Positions 1 through 29,444 of a DNA stretch of 64,000 nt are shown here, piece by piece. The first letter of the stretch is position 1, and each line of letters starts with the position of its first letter. Origin of the DNA: the human T2T-CHM13v2.0 reference genome, Homo sapiens; assembly GCF_009914755.1 (NCBI RefSeq), contig NC_060926.1, one strand, 5' to 3'. The notes beneath the pieces were generated by a model. That model was not told the DNA's origin. It made no database searches and saw only the letters and a program-made list of their open reading frames with translations. The translations under genes were made by a program, and so were the position numbers.

Positions 1-2364
<2,364 letters not shown>

Positions 2365-2382
2365 AGGCTTTTTATTATTTTT

Positions 2383-2492
2383 AGACTGGTCAAGTACAGT
2401 AGTGAGAAGGAGGGAAAGAGTTCAACAAAGACTTCGATCCGTGACTGACTGTGAACAATCAGCTGAGATAACTAGCTGCCTTTGGACCAGCC
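2383..2492 (-). pseudogene. Y1 RNA (RNY1) retropseudogene
   Basis: Reverse complement GGCTGGTCCAAAGGCAGCTAGTTATCTCAGCTGATTGTTCACAGTCAGTCACGGATCGAAG...CTTCTCACTACTGTACTTGACCAGTCT closely resembles hY1. Has an A-rich tail and TSD TATAATAAG(G/T)CTTT at 2043-2056 and 2493-2506. Confidence 0.9.
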
Positions 2493-5050
2493 TATAATAA
2501 GTCTTTCAAAAGACCCTCTAACGTCTCTGTGTCTTCCGCTGTAGTGACTGACCAGGTGTTCCTGTGGGAGAATAAGAAAGCCCTTGCCCATAGCCCCAGC
2601 ACCACTGCACAGCAGGTCTGGGCTTGGCCTGGAGCCCAAGCTGGCAGGATCCCCAACACAGACATGAGCCTCTCCGGTAGCATCCAAGAGCCCCACTGGG
2701 GACCAAGAGGGGCTGACCAGGAGTCCCTGCCCAGTGAGGGTCATTAATGCCACCCAGAGCCACATCACAGAGGGGAGCCAGGGAGACAGTAACAAGGCAA
2801 TTCAGAGGCCCTCAGGCACCCACCTTTTACTCACAATAGTTCTGGCAGGAGATCTGACAAAATGGAACCTGCGCTGACCAGAGAACACCTGACCAAAGTG
2901 TTTTTGTTGCTGGAAACCAGAGAGAGGCACCAAGAAAAGAGATATCACCTCATCCTCCCATCAACAGTGAAGATCATTTCCATTCAAACCGGTTGACATT
3001 AATGAGCAACCACTTTGTATAAGACCCTGAAGAGGATAACAAAAATGAGTAAGATGCGGTTGTTGCGGCAGGGAGCTTGCAACTCGGTGGGAGGGGAGGG
3101 GCAGAGAGGCTATGCTACAAGTCAGGACATTTAAGGTGGGAAACCAGTGCTACCAAAGGCAGGAAGAGATCATGTCCAGCTGGAAGGGTCACTTGCAATG
3201 GGTCTTGAAGGGTTTTGTCAGACAGAGATGCTGCCTGCGGAAGGCAGTTCAAGCTGAGTAGCCAGTGTAAGCCAAAAAGCAAAGGTGGGAGAGCCACGGT
3301 GCACTTAGGCAGTGGTGAGCGGTTCAGCTGAGCCGAGCCAGAGAGCACAGTAAGAGACGCAGGAGGAGAGGGAGGCTGGGGCCGGGAGGGCCCACACTGT
3401 GAATGGTCTGCCTGGCTGTGCTTTAGAATAATGCACAGTACCAGGAGCAGGAAGAAGAACCAGAGCAGGGAAGACATGAGGCCAGGAAGCAAGGCACAGA
3501 AGTGATGAGAGTTTGATTGGGCTCGGATTTCAGCAGCTGAACGGAAAGGAAAAGACAGGCGTGAGCAGCACCGCAGGGGCAGGATCGGTAGGATTCACTA
3601 ACTCACTTTTCCCGGGCTTAAAGCCTGGGAGACAGAGCACTAGTGATGCTGACGATGGGAACAGAAAATCCAGAAGGAAGGGGCTTGGGATGCAGTGAGT
3701 TAAATGCAAGCGACCATGTCCTACAAGCAGCTGAAGTTTAGACGTGAGCTTGGGGGAGCAGTCAGGGTTAGATTTGGGAGCTATTCACTGAACAGGCTGC
3801 AGCTGAAAAGGTAGAAGTGTCTAAGAATACTGAAGGCAGAAACTTCAAGAAGGATGTTCAGGTGTTAGAAGGAGAACAAATGTTGGCAAAACCGGTGATG
3901 GTGACAGGGGTCAGAGGAGACCAGTGCCCTAAAGCCTGGGACAAAGAGAATGTCGGCTGTGGGGGGTGCAGGGAGTGCAGCTGGGTAGGGCAGCTGGGGT
4001 GGGGACGGGTCCTCAGAAGAAAGGTTTGGGGTGGGGCAGAAGCCAGGGCATAAGGAGTTGAGAGCACAGCCACAAAGTGGGGACAGTTTTTCATTAAGTT
4101 TGATGATAAGGAGAGGAGAGCTGGGATGGCAAGCTAAATGCCTTAGCAAGATCAAGGGAAGTGTTTTTTAGGGTGTGTGCCTCTGAGTATGTTTGCAGGT
4201 AAGAGGTTGGTGGATAAAGATTATGTCAGCATCACATAATCAGTGTTTGCGGGAAAGGGGACTGGGGCATTGGTGAGTCAGCTTCCTCAGGAGACACACA
4301 CTTGAGGCTCCAAGGCAATACCATGAAAAAAATGTTTTTAAGCAACAGAAACTTTCAGACAAACTGTATTCAGAATCCCAATATATAACATCACTGATGC
4401 TGAGTGGAAATAGGGAATGGAGGGGGTTGTAGAAGGCTGTTGTTGCCCTGGGGCATCAGCTCAAAGAAAAACAAAAAGGGTGGATGGAGACAAGATGGAT
4501 AAGAACATGATGAGGTAAGAGAAATAGGAAAGGAGATATTTTGCTGTGGGCATGATGGGGATATTGAAAAGTGAAAGCTTAAAGCAGAAAACTTTGGAAG
4601 AGTCACAGTGAAAAATGAGCTACTGATTCCACCTGAGCTGGGAAAAATAGGCTCGCCAAGCAACAGAGAGGTCCCTGCTGGGCGCCATAGCACTGAGGCC
4701 ACAGCAGAGCCAGCTGGCACGTTGCTTCTCCCCATCAATGCTGGCGGTGTCAGGCTGAGGCAGCATACGATGGTGATTATCCAGGCTGGAGACCCACACG
4801 GTGACGGTAATGGAAGGTTGGGACATGAGGGCTCTTAGGAGTTTTCAAGGACATGCTGGAGACAGCTAGCCTTTTCTGAGGTCTCCTGCTTGCCAAGCCA
4901 GACAGCAGGGCTGTCCCTATGCCCGGGAGTGGGCTTCTTGGGCGGGTATCAGTGAGCAGACAGCTGTTTTAAAAGACAAGACGTTAACAACCCGGAGCTG
5001 AGATTTTCAGCGATAAATATGCTTTAATTTTTAAAAATTGTGGTAAAATA

Positions 5051-5414
<364 letters not shown>

Positions 5415-6002
5415 TTAGATTCATATTGCTGTGCAGCCATCACCACCATCCATCCCCAGAACTTTTCCATCATCCGCAGATGAAATGTTGTATCCCTTGA
5501 ATAATAACCGCCCATTTCTTTGCCTCCCATGCCCTTTCAGACTCCAGGAACCTGGGGCTCCTCTGCTCACTGGCGCATTAGCTTTAAACTACCCAGAAAA
5601 AGAAAAAGGCAGAAACACCGCACCTTTGCCTTCTAGTGGTGAAACAGGCTCACTGCGGGTACATACAATAAATTACAAGTTCATATTTTATTGGTTTATG
5701 AATCAGGGGTCAGGGCTAATTTACAAATAAGTATCTGAGTCACCAGCAATATATCACTGTAACTAGAGCTTATTAAATACCATATAGCAGAACGATAAGA
5801 AGGCATCATTAAATGGCTGGTATTCATTTGCTTTGCCTGACTGTAACACTAACTGTATATTTAGCCTAGTGTTCATCTGTTTGTAAATGTTGAAGGGTGG
5901 ATGACTGAAGACAGCAAGAGACCGCTGGGTAGTGTGGCCTGAATGTCTTCAGCCCAGAGATATCCTAATACCCTGGGCAGGAACACAAACAAGAGCACCA
6001 GG

Positions 6003-8764
<2,762 letters not shown>

Positions 8765-9419
8765 CGTTAAAAAATGTGTTAGTGTTACACTTATTGATCT
8801 TTCTACTGTCTCTTTTCTTCCCTGAATTACAGAATAACCCATACTCAGGACTGAAACCTATAATAACAGAACTGTATATAGTTATAGCCCATTTTATAGC
8901 ACTTTGCTTTATTGTCCTTCAAAGATATTGCATTGTTGACAAATTGAAGGTTTGTGGTAACCCTGTTAGTCTGGAAAGTCTATTGGTGCCATTTTTCCAA
9001 CAGCATGGGCTCACTTCATGTCTCTGTGTCACATTTTGGTAATTCTTGCAATATTTCCAACTTTTTCATTATCATTATATCTGTTTTAGTGATCTGTGCT
9101 CAGTAATCTTTGATGTTACTATTATAATTGTTTGCAGGTGTCATGAGCATAAAAGCCCACAAAAAACAGGGAACTATAAATGTTGTGTGTGTTCTGACTG
9201 CTCCACCAACTGACAGTTCCCCCATCTCTTCCCCGCTCCTTGGGCCTCCCTATTCCCTGAGATACAACAATATTGAAATTAGGCCAATTAATAACCCTAC
9301 AATAGCTTCTAAGTGTTCAAGTGAAATAAGTCACAGGTCTCTCACTTTAAATCAAAAGCTAGAAGTGATTAAGCTTAGCAAGGAAGGCATGGTGAATGCC
9401 AAGATAGGCCAAAAGCTAG

Positions 9420-13149
<3,730 letters not shown>

Positions 13150-14288
13150 GCATAACTTTTATATGCACTGGGAAACCAAAAAATTTGTGTGACTCACTTT
13201 ACTGCAATATTTGCTTTATTGCAGTGGTCTAGAACCAAACCTGCAATCTCTTCAAGGTATGACTAACTTTGAAAGGTCAAAAAATGTTCCCCAATTAAGT
13301 CTACAATAGATACACTGGCTGGTAGCTCAAAGGTGGCCTGTTGTCAGCAGCCAGGGCCTGAAGCATCTCACTAATGGCCTGAAGCAGACATGGGAGAGGA
13401 GGAGCAACCCCTTTGCAGCTGTGCAAGCAGCAGGCTGGACAGGATGAGGGGGTGGCACTAGGGCTAAGGGGTGTGAATAGCTCAAACTCCAGCTCGGTGT
13501 GTGGACAGTTTCTGGTTGAGCTGTACTTTGAATCGATTGGTGTCTTGTCCTGTGCTTTGCTCTACAGTGGCAGATTCCAGCCTCTGCCTGTACATGGATG
13601 GAGGGAGAAGCGAGTCTGAAATGTGCCCAACTCCCTTCACAGCCTGTGAACCAGGGGAGCTGTGATAACAGCCTCTAAATACCCCAGGGTGGAGATGCCA
13701 GGGCTGGCTACTCCTCGGCAAAAGTGTGTAAGTAAGCAGTGTTGCTATGCAAGGAAACGTACTCAGAAATATTAGCCTGAATGTCAAGTTTTCCTACAGT
13801 GAATTCAATGAGGCAGTGAAGTCAGCTTCCCTTGGGGGAAGAGGGTAGTAGGAGGGAGTGCCAGCTCCCAAGACATAAAGAGAAATTTGGAGGATTTTGC
13901 TGGAAAGAGGAGACCAACATGCAATGCAGGGGAATTCTTGGGTACCGAGAGAAGGTTAGTACTACAATGATGTTGGGTACGGTAAGAGAAGGAATTGGGA
14001 GAAGGTAAAGAAAAGTATCTTTTTCAGAGGGAAACATAGGAGGTACAGGCTCACTGTAGTGCTTCCCTTTTTAGCCTTTGGTTTTTCCAATCCCTAGGAA
14101 ATGTAAGGACATACTTTATCATTGAGCTAATCCCACCCATGGGTCTTAAAAATGGTTCTGTAAAAATAGAAGTGACACTGGGCGTGGTGTTTCATGCCTA
14201 GCACTTTGGGAGGCTGAGGCAGGAAGATCACCTGAGGTCAGGAGTTCGAGACCGGCCTGGCCAACATGGCAAAACCTTGTCTCTACTA

Positions 14289-14669
<381 letters not shown>

Positions 14670-14859
14670 CTAAAAGGAAAAAAAAAAGAGAAGGAAATTA
14701 ATACATAATACCTTTACACTCTATACATGCTGTAATTCTTAATCCATAGCTACTATTTCATGAAATTATTCAGTAAGTTACTCTCACTCCTTAAAGGTGA
14801 GTAATACATTTTATACGTTTTTATCTTCAAAATTTCAGTGACTAGTACCCACATAAATG

Positions 14860-18030
<3,171 letters not shown>

Positions 18031-18064
18031 AAATTTACATTCTAAATTATATTCTCAATATAGG

Positions 18065-19130
<1,066 letters not shown>

Positions 19131-19559
19131 AAATTGTATTTTTAGTAGAGATGGGGTTTTACCACGTTGGCCAGGATGGTCTCAAACTTCTGACCTCAGG
19201 CTATGAGCCACCGCAACCGGTCTGTGACAGATTCTGTTTGGATGTTTACCCAAATCTACCCCCATTTCTTCTCCAATAAATGGAGCTCCAGTTTTGCTTA
19301 GGAGTCTACTTGCAAGAGAAGATGACCCCCTCCTTAGCTCAATGGTAATCCTGACTAGACCCTGTCAGCCTGGCAATCACCTTCCTTTTGCCAAAGACTG
19401 GCTTAGGGATGGGCAAGTGAGGGGACCCTGCTGGTGAGCTTCTGGCAATGATTTTCTCCCTCTTCATAAGAGATATCTTCTTCTTCCACTGCACACTGTC
19501 ACGTCTCACCTTGCAGCTGGGACTGTAGTAGCTTCTCATGATCAGGAGGAGACCCAAGG

Positions 19560-20450
<891 letters not shown>

Positions 20451-20948
20451 TGAGCAGGAGCTCCCGTGTGGATGAAGAGAAAGAGCCCCTCTGCACAAAA
20501 ACATAAGAACAAAACACAAATATATAAGGTCACTACAGTATCTAACTTTTCATTCAATAACTGCTAGGAGTAATAATAATAATAATAGCTTACTATGTGC
20601 CACGCCTTTGTAGATATATTTTCTAATTTAATCCTCACAAAACCGCATTAGCAATTTTAAAATACCAATTAAATCATTTAATGCTACCACGACACAAGCC
20701 AAAATAAATAAAAATAAAACCCAGTTTGGGGGGGCTGTGGGAAAATAGACCCCTGAAGCACAGCTGGTGACACTTTAACCAGAGAGGAATGTGGCAGCAA
20801 TATAACAAGGGTTCAAAACTCAGCATACCTTTTAAAGGAGAAAGAACTGTGATATGTGTTCACTGTAGCTCTGTGACATGTTCACTGTAGCTCTGTCAAC
20901 AAGCATAGACCAACAGCGGTGGCTCACGCCTGTAATTTCAGCATTTCA

Positions 20949-21182
<234 letters not shown>

Positions 21183-21524
21183 TCAGTTTCAAAAAAAAAA
21201 AAGAAGCATAAAAAACTGGAAAGACCCCAGCCGGGTATGGTGGCTCACGCCTGTAATCCCAGCACTTTGGGGACTCTGTCCCCCACCCCAAAAAAAGAGG
21301 AGAAATGTTCAACTATCATAGGGTAGTATATTAACAGGGAATAAGGCTTAAATGGTGGCTAGAAGAACTAAATGAAGGCCGAGTGGCAGCTAATTTGAAG
21401 CCAGCAATTCTATGTTTAGAAGGACATTGTTCCTTAACATACATTATTGATTTCTAGTTTCCACTGTACTTTATGCATGGCTCCTACCCAAGTTCTTTCT
21501 CTGTGAAGCTTAATGTTATTTTAA

Positions 21525-21656
<132 letters not shown>

Positions 21657-22790
21657 TGAGTAGCTTGGATTACAGGTGCCTGCCATCATGGCTGGCTAAT
21701 TTTTGTGTTTTTAGTAGAAACAGGGTTTCACCATATTGGCCAGACTGGTCTTGAACTCCTGACCTCATGATCTGCCCACCTCGGCCTCCCAAAGTGCTGG
21801 GATTACAGGCGTGAGCCACCGCGCCCAGCCAATGTTACTTTTTTAATGGAGCCATGTGAGGGGAAGAGGCACTGTAGGGTAAGGAAGGGGATTAAAGATG
21901 TAGCACTCAGGCTACTAAACAATGCATTGCCAGGCCCTTTCTCCTCTGCCTGAAACGTGTAGCCTTTCCTCTCTGAAATTTTCACACCTCCTTCAAAGAC
22001 CAGATCAGATGATATTTCATACACAGAGCCACCTCCAATCTGCTAGTCAGACTGGATCCCTGCCCTGTGTTCCTGTGGTACTTTTGATCCTGCTGTTATG
22101 GAATTTTATGTATTGTTCTAAAATTAACTGTGGACATGCCTTCTTTCCTCCATGTCAGGAGTGTGCTTAATTATTTTTGTCTGTCAAATATCAATATAGT
22201 GCCTGGCAAATTATAGGTGCGTGATAAAGGCTTGATGACTGATTGGATCCCTTGTAGATTCATTGTAGATTCATTGACTCATTTATTCCTTACAGATTCC
22301 TTAATTGCCTGCTAGGGAATAAGTTTTGGGACTATTCCATCTGGACTCTCCAGATCAGTCTAACCTGTCCAGTTCAATGCAGCATCTCTGAACTGGGAGC
22401 ATAGGGAAGCAAACAGGACTCTTGTTTATGTTTCTTGAGAAAAGACTTAAAAATAAGGCAGGAGGCAGAGGATATAATGTTAGCATCTAGGAAAAAAGGA
22501 GATCAGATTCCATTCTTACATGACCTTCCTTCTCTAGACAGTCCTGTCATTCTTTCTAGCTTCCCATCTTGAGATCTGCTCAGCAACTAGACAGAAGAGA
22601 TGGAAGCAGAATGAGAAGAAGGATTCATACCTTGTCTTATGGTGGAGTCTAGATGAAAACATGGCCGGTGGCCGGGCGCAGTGGCTCATGCCTGTAATCC
22701 CAGCGCTTTGGGAGGCTGAGGCAGGTGGGTCGCTTGCACCCAGGAGTTCAAGACCAGCCTGGGCAACATGGTAAAACCCCATCTCTACTA

Positions 22791-22982
<192 letters not shown>

Positions 22983-23331
22983 CTAGCCCACTGAAAACAA
23001 TAGCTGAGCTAAGTGCCCCTGCTGACAGAAGGAACACATGCAAATAGGCTCATGCTCTATAAGGACACTGAGGAGAAGGGAGAAGATCACTTGGAGTGAG
23101 CTTCTGAGTGTTACATAGAACAATAAATGCAATAATTTAGGAACGATAATGCGTTGTCTTAGTTAATGTGCTTATCCCTATTTGGAATTATATTATCTAC
23201 ATGGACATTTCTTTCCCACTATTATCCCCCCCAACAGAATGTCAGCACCATGAGAGCAGGAACTATATGTGTCTTATGTCCCCCAGGGTCTTGAAAAAGC
23301 CTACTAGGTGCTAGTAGTAGCCAAATAGTAG

Positions 23332-23535
<204 letters not shown>

Positions 23536-24545
23536 TAGTAGAGAGGGTTTCACCATGTTGGCCAGGATGGTCTCAATCTCTTGATCTTGTGACCCACCTG
23601 CCTTGGCCTCCCAAAGTGCTGGGATTACAGGCGTGAGCCACTGCGCCTGGTCTACACTTTTATTTTTTATTTTTTGAGACAGGGTCTCATTCCTGTCACC
23701 CAGGCTGGAGTGCAGTGGCGTGATCACGGTTCACTGCAGGCTCGATTTCCTGGGCTCAAGCAATCGATCCTCCCACTTCAGCCTCCCTAGTAGCTGGGAC
23801 TACAGGTGTGTGTCACCACACCTGGCTAGTTTTTTTTTTGTGTGTGTGTTTTTAGTAGAGATGGGGTCTCTACTCTCTATTTTTAGTAGAGAGGCCGGTC
23901 TCAAACTCCTGGGCTCAGGTGATACACCCACCTCGGCCTCCCAAAGTGCTAGGATTACAGGAGTGAGCCACTGTACCTGGCCTACATTTTTAAAAAGTAT
24001 AAGCTACTAACTTTCTAACTACTACTATACAACTAATTTTCCATGCATTAAAAAAGAAATGAGAAGGAAGGACCAAGCATTTGAGTTCATCTACATCAAT
24101 AGAATTTGATTAGCAAAATAATAGAAAATAATTTTAAGCTGTAACATATGCAATGTATGACATGAGTTCACACGATGAAGGGAAGGGATGTCATAGGTGC
24201 GATTGTTCACTATCATTTTCCCTGCAGAATTAAGAACAGAATTTGACATGAAGGTTATGAGTACACAGATTTGCATCTTGGCAGGCCAGTGTATCACCTC
24301 TTAAACAACAGTTGTACCTAGACGGAGGGGTGAGGCAAACCTGTCCCATGTCCTTTCTGTGAGATGCCATCCTGATCTCCTCACCTCAAGTAAGCCAGCT
24401 CCCTTGTCCAGGAGGAACCACCCACCCAGGCTTACACCTGGTGTGGGTTGTGGGGGTGCTGACACCACCCGCTTATTTGAACCTTGTTTCTGTTCTGTTT
24501 CCTTTTGTTCAGCTTACACCTCCACAGCAGACCTAGTTTCCTCCC

Positions 24546-24846
24546 TGTAGTGGTGTTCCCAGTTAAGGGAAATGGTGTCACTGTGCCCCGCGGCTCCTCT
24601 TTGAATTAAAGCATCTTGGTTTCAACCATCTCTGCTAGAAATGGTTATGTGCTTGGCTTTCCTAACTAGCTGGACTCCTGGTCTGTGCTGCCTGGCAGCA
24701 CTCACTGACTTACACCAACAACCAGGTTGGTGACCACACAACTGCCCAAAGCAAAACTTTTTTAAAGAATTGAAGAGTCCTACGTGATAAATATATGTAA
24801 AAAACACAGCTTACTCCTATACCCAGCTAGCCTTCTGCCTCATACA

Positions 24847-24895
<49 letters not shown>

Positions 24896-25180
24896 ATTTA
24901 GCATGCATGCTCCCCAACACTGCACCTTCCCTGGGTGGGGTCTGGGCAGTCTGCCAAGACCTCTGGCTTATCTGATGCCAGGCATCCTGCCCAGGCCTCT
25001 CTGGGAGGCAGGGATTCACTCGGTGGTCCCGTCTACAGCAGGAGCGGTGAGCAAGTGCTGGATTATGGGTTCTGCCTCATCTTGTTCAATCTCATAATAA
25101 AGGCTGCCTGTTTTGCCTCTGCCTGTTCTTACCTGGCCAGTCCAGTCCTGCCTGCTATTCGTCCTGGTATTCCTGCTACA
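24546..25180 (+). mobile_element. Probable old LTR containing a (TG)n tract
   Basis: TG start, AATAAA near 25096 and a ...CTGCTACA end. Family not identified. Confidence 0.35.
24849..24890. repeat. (TG)n microsatellite
   Basis: About 21 TG units. Confidence 0.95.
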
Positions 25181-26343
25181 CACTTGCTTGGCAGAGCTTG
25201 AAGCCTGTTGGCTCTGGACCAGGTCCTGTTCATCTGCCCCTCCCAAGCCCACACAATAGAGAATATGATCCCCCGACTCAAAACCATTCAGGGGATTAGG
25301 ACACATGGGATGCAGGAATGGCAATCACCAGCTCCACTCTGGAAGATATGTGTGGAAAGACTATGGAGTCAGCCTAACCTTGCATGTTTCAAATCTCAGG
25401 ACACCATAGAGCAGCTTTGTGATTTGAACAAATCATGCAACCTCATAGGGCCTCAGTTTCCTCATTTGTACCATAGAGATGATACAGTAAAACTCCAGCA
25501 TGGCGTGATGAGTGGGCAGGAGCGGTCAATCTTATAAAATGCAAGGGTGCATTAGTGAGAAATGTATGTCATGATTTGGGTTTCCAGGGTTCTGGCTATG
25601 CAAGTTAAATCCTTCCCAGGCTCAGCTGTGGTTTACAGCCACCTGGGCATTGTTTACTCCAGTTTAAATATTGATGGCAACAAGCATGGGTCCTGTGGCT
25701 GACTAAAGTGCCCAGGACAGCAGAGGAATTATTCCAGGAATCTCCTAGTTACCTGCCACCTTGTTTTTTGGATCCAGGGAAATGTGGCTGAGCAAATGCA
25801 GAGGAAATGGGGACTCACTCTGCTTCTCCTCTCCCCAAAAGTGAGTTGCAGTCCTCCCCCTTCGTGTTGGTAGAAATTTTAGCTCATTCCCATAGAAGCT
25901 GGGGGAAGGCAAGGAACTGGGAATCAAATAACAATTGCATGACTATCTGGATTTGCTTTATTGAAGAGTCTTACTTTAATGCCTATCCTATTAGTGTTGT
26001 TGTAAAGATTAAGGATGATATATGAACATGTCATAGTGCTTAGCACATAGTATTTGCTCATTAAATGGTAATAATGTCACAAATGTTTTTAAGCACGTAC
26101 TGAGCCCTGGGCACTATACTGGGTGTAATAACCATAGCAGTGACTGTGACACATATTGTTCCTTCTCTTTTGAAGCACAATAGTTTAGCAGAAGTCACAG
26201 CTTGGAGCAGTGCCCTGGAACCTGTGAAGGTTAAGCTATCACTATATTTTTTTCTAAAACACCATTTTTCCCTAAATACTTGAAAACACTTAAGGTCTTA
26301 TATGTATGTTTTGGAACAGAATACTTCACCCCCTTCTCTAAAG

Positions 26344-26573
26344 CAGTGGTTCTCAAGAGGGGTTGATTTTCATCTCCCAGGGGACATTTGGCGATGTCTG
26401 GAGACATTTTTTATAGTCATAAGTTGCATATGTGTGTGTGTGGACGTGCACTCCTGGCATCTAGTTGAGTGGAGGCCAGCGATGCTGCTAAACATCCTGC
26501 AATGCCCAGGTCAGCCCCTACAACAAAGACTTACCTGACCCAAAGTTTCAAGTGTCAAGGCTGAGAAACCGTG
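26344..26573. mobile_element. MER20 (hAT-Charlie)
   Basis: CAGTGGTTCTCAA...CAGGGGACATTTGGCGATGTCTGGAGACATTTTT...GCTGAGAAACCGTG. Confidence 0.85.
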
Positions 26574-27499
26574 GTCTAGAAGGTACGTGCTTAGTCCACA
26601 GTCATTTATTTTTGGCTGCCAAGGCAGAGAAACACCTTTTACTCTTAAAGTCTTAGAAAGCCTGGCTTTTATATTCTGTGTTCCATGACACTTGCCCATG
26701 TTCGAGGAGAGGGTGGACAAAGCTATCCTAACTTCTGGATTCAGAAACACATTCCTCTCAGGGCAGAGAAAATTGACCTGCGAGTGATTGCTTCAGAGTT
26801 TTCAGCACTCCAACATAATTCTTTTGGTGAAGGTGATATTTAACTGATTCTCTTATATAAATAAGTTGTTCAAACAAAAAGCTCCTGGAAAAGATCTTGC
26901 CTTCTTTACCCTTTGAAAACCCTACCAAGATATGCAAATGAACCACATCATCTCCAGGTCACTGAACCTGTCTTCAGCTCATTTGGCCTTCTTTCTTTTC
27001 TTTTTAAAGTGTTTTCAAAGTTTGCTTGGGCATAATTAATCCAATTTGGTCTTTGGGGCAGCCCAGATTTCAGAGTAATGGGGTTCAGGGCACACATGTG
27101 CAGCAGGGCAATCAGATTTTGGACAAAGCAGAGGATGAGGAAGAGTGAAGCAAAATAGAACAACATCAGGAAGGGGTGCATGTAGCACAGAGAGAGGGAG
27201 AGAGAGAGAGAGGACACCAAAGAAGCAGGGAACTAACCAACACAGAAAAATCAAAACCACCAGAATGGCCAGTCCTCTGCTCAGCTTCATGCACCCTGGT
27301 TCCCCACCTCGACTTACTTCTTTGCCTCCTGCTCCGCTTCCCAGAAGCACTTCGGTGGATTTGAGCCTACTTCCTCTCTTCTACCTTCTGGGTAGTGGGA
27401 GAGTGCCTCTCTCATAGCTGGGTTCTGAAGCAGAATCCTGTCTTGTAGCAGCATTCCCCTCTGAAGGAAAGCGAGGAGGTGTATATAAAATTCATGATA

Positions 27500-27576
27500 T
27501 TAGGTTCGTGCAAAAGTAATTGCGGTTTTTGCCGTTAAAAATGGCAAAAACCACAATTATTTTTGCACTAACCTAA
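27500..27576. mobile_element. MADE1 (Hsmar1-derived MITE)
   Basis: TTAGGTTCGTGCAAAAGTAATTGCGGTTTTTGCC...GGCAAAAACCACAATTATTTTTGCACTAACCTAA palindrome flanked by TA on both sides. Confidence 0.93.
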
Positions 27577-27936
27577 TAATTTTGGCATGCTCACTTTATC
27601 ATAGGGGATTATCAGCAAATATGTACTGTTATTGTTGTTGATGAAGCTTGGATAGCCACTAGTTAGTGCCAGACACAAGATGTATGAATCGTCTCTCCAC
27701 ACTTTGGTTGGATGGTGATTCAAACTGTGACATGAACCTTTTGAACTCTATTTTGTGCCCTGTTGGCAAAACAAGCTACATCCTTTTCTTAGAAATGAGA
27801 TTTGATTTTTAAATATGCAACATCTGATCTGAAATGTGCAAAACATTTTTTTCTATTGCAGTCTTTTACTTGGAACTTGTTGCAGATGTCAAATGTGGTA
27901 TTACAGAATCTTATTATATTACAGATAGAACAATTT

Positions 27937-29444
27937 TTTTTTTTTTTAAATTGATCATTCTTGGCTGTTTCTCGCAGAGGGGGATTTGGCAGGGTCACAG
28001 GACAATAGTGGAGGGAAGGTCAGCAGATAAACAAGTGAACAAAGGTCTCTGGTTTTCCTAGGCAGAGGACCCTGCGGCCTTCCGCAGTGTTTGTGTCCCT
28101 GGGTACTTGAGATTAGGGAGTGGTGATGACTCTTAAGGAGCATGCTGCCTTCAAGCATCTGTTTAACAAAGCACATCTTGCACTGCCCTTAATCCATTCA
28201 ACCCTGAGTGGACACAGCACATGTTTCAGAGAGCACAGGGTTGGGGGTAAGGTCACCAATCAACAGGATCCCAAGGCAGAAGAATTTTTCTTAGTACAGA
28301 ACAAAATGAAAAGTCTCCCATGTCTACCTCTTTCTACACAGACACGGCAACCATCCGATTTCTCAATCTTTCCCCCCTTTCTATTCCACAAAACCGCCAT
28401 TGTCATCATGGCCCGTTCTCATTGAGCTGTTGGGTACACCTCCCAGACGGGGTGGTGGCCGGGCAGAGGGGCTCCTCACTTCCCAGTAGGGGCGGCCGGG
28501 CAGAGGGGCCCCTCACCTCCCGGACGGGGCGGCTGGCCGGGTGGGGGGCTGACCCCCCCACCTCCCTCCTGGACGGGGCGGCTGGCCGGGCAGAGGGGCT
28601 CCTCACTTCCCAGTAGGGGCGGCCGGGCAGAGGCACCCCTCACCTGCCGGACAGGGCAGCTGGTCGGGCGGGGGGCTGACCCCCCCACCTCCCTCCCGGA
28701 CGAGGTGGCTGCTGGGCGGAGACGCTCCTCACTTCTCAGACCGGGCGGTTGCCAGGCAGAGGGTCTCCTCACTTCTCAGACGGGGCAGCCGGGCAGAGAC
28801 GCTCCTCACATCCCGGACGGGGCGGCAGGGCAGAGGTGCTCCCCACATCTCAGACGATGGGCGACCGGGCAGAGAGGCTCCTCACTTCCCAGATGGGATG
28901 GCGGTCGGGAAGAGGCGCTCCTCACTTCCTAGATGGGATGGCGGCCGGGCAGAGACGCTCCTCACTTTCCAGACTGGGCAGCCAGGCAGAGGGGCTCCTC
29001 ACATCCCGGACGATGGGCGGCCAGGCGGAGACGCTCCTCACTTCCCAGACGGGGTGGCGGCCGGGCAGAGGCTGCAATCTCGGCACTTTGGGGGGCCAAG
29101 GCAGGCTGCTGGGAGGTGGAGGTTGTAGCGAGCCGAGATCACGCCACTGCACTCCAGCCTGGGCACCATTGAGCACTGAGTGAACGAGACTCCGTCTGCA
29201 ATCCCGGCACCTCGGGAGGCCGAGGCTGGCGGATCACTCGCGGTTAGGAGCTGGAGACCAGCCCGGCCAACACAGCGAAACCCCGTCTCCACCAAAAAAA
29301 TACGAAAACCAGTCAGGCGTGGCGGCGCGCGCCTGCAATTGCACGCACTCGGCAAGCTGAGGCAGGAGAATCAGGCAGGGAGGTTGCAGTGAGCTGAGAT
29401 GGCAGCAGTACCGTCCAGCTTCGGCAAGGGAGAGGGGAGAGGGG
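27937..29444 (-). mobile_element. SVA retrotransposon (~1.5 kb)
   Basis: Poly(T), SINE-R, VNTR, Alu-like domain and a short hexamer head. TSD GATAGAAC(A/G)ATTT at 27924-27936 and 29445-29457. Confidence 0.95.

Noticed and set aside
4600-4990. GC-richer unique segment with short ORFs on both strands
   Set aside because: No recognisable protein, no convincing splice sites, too short for a CpG island.
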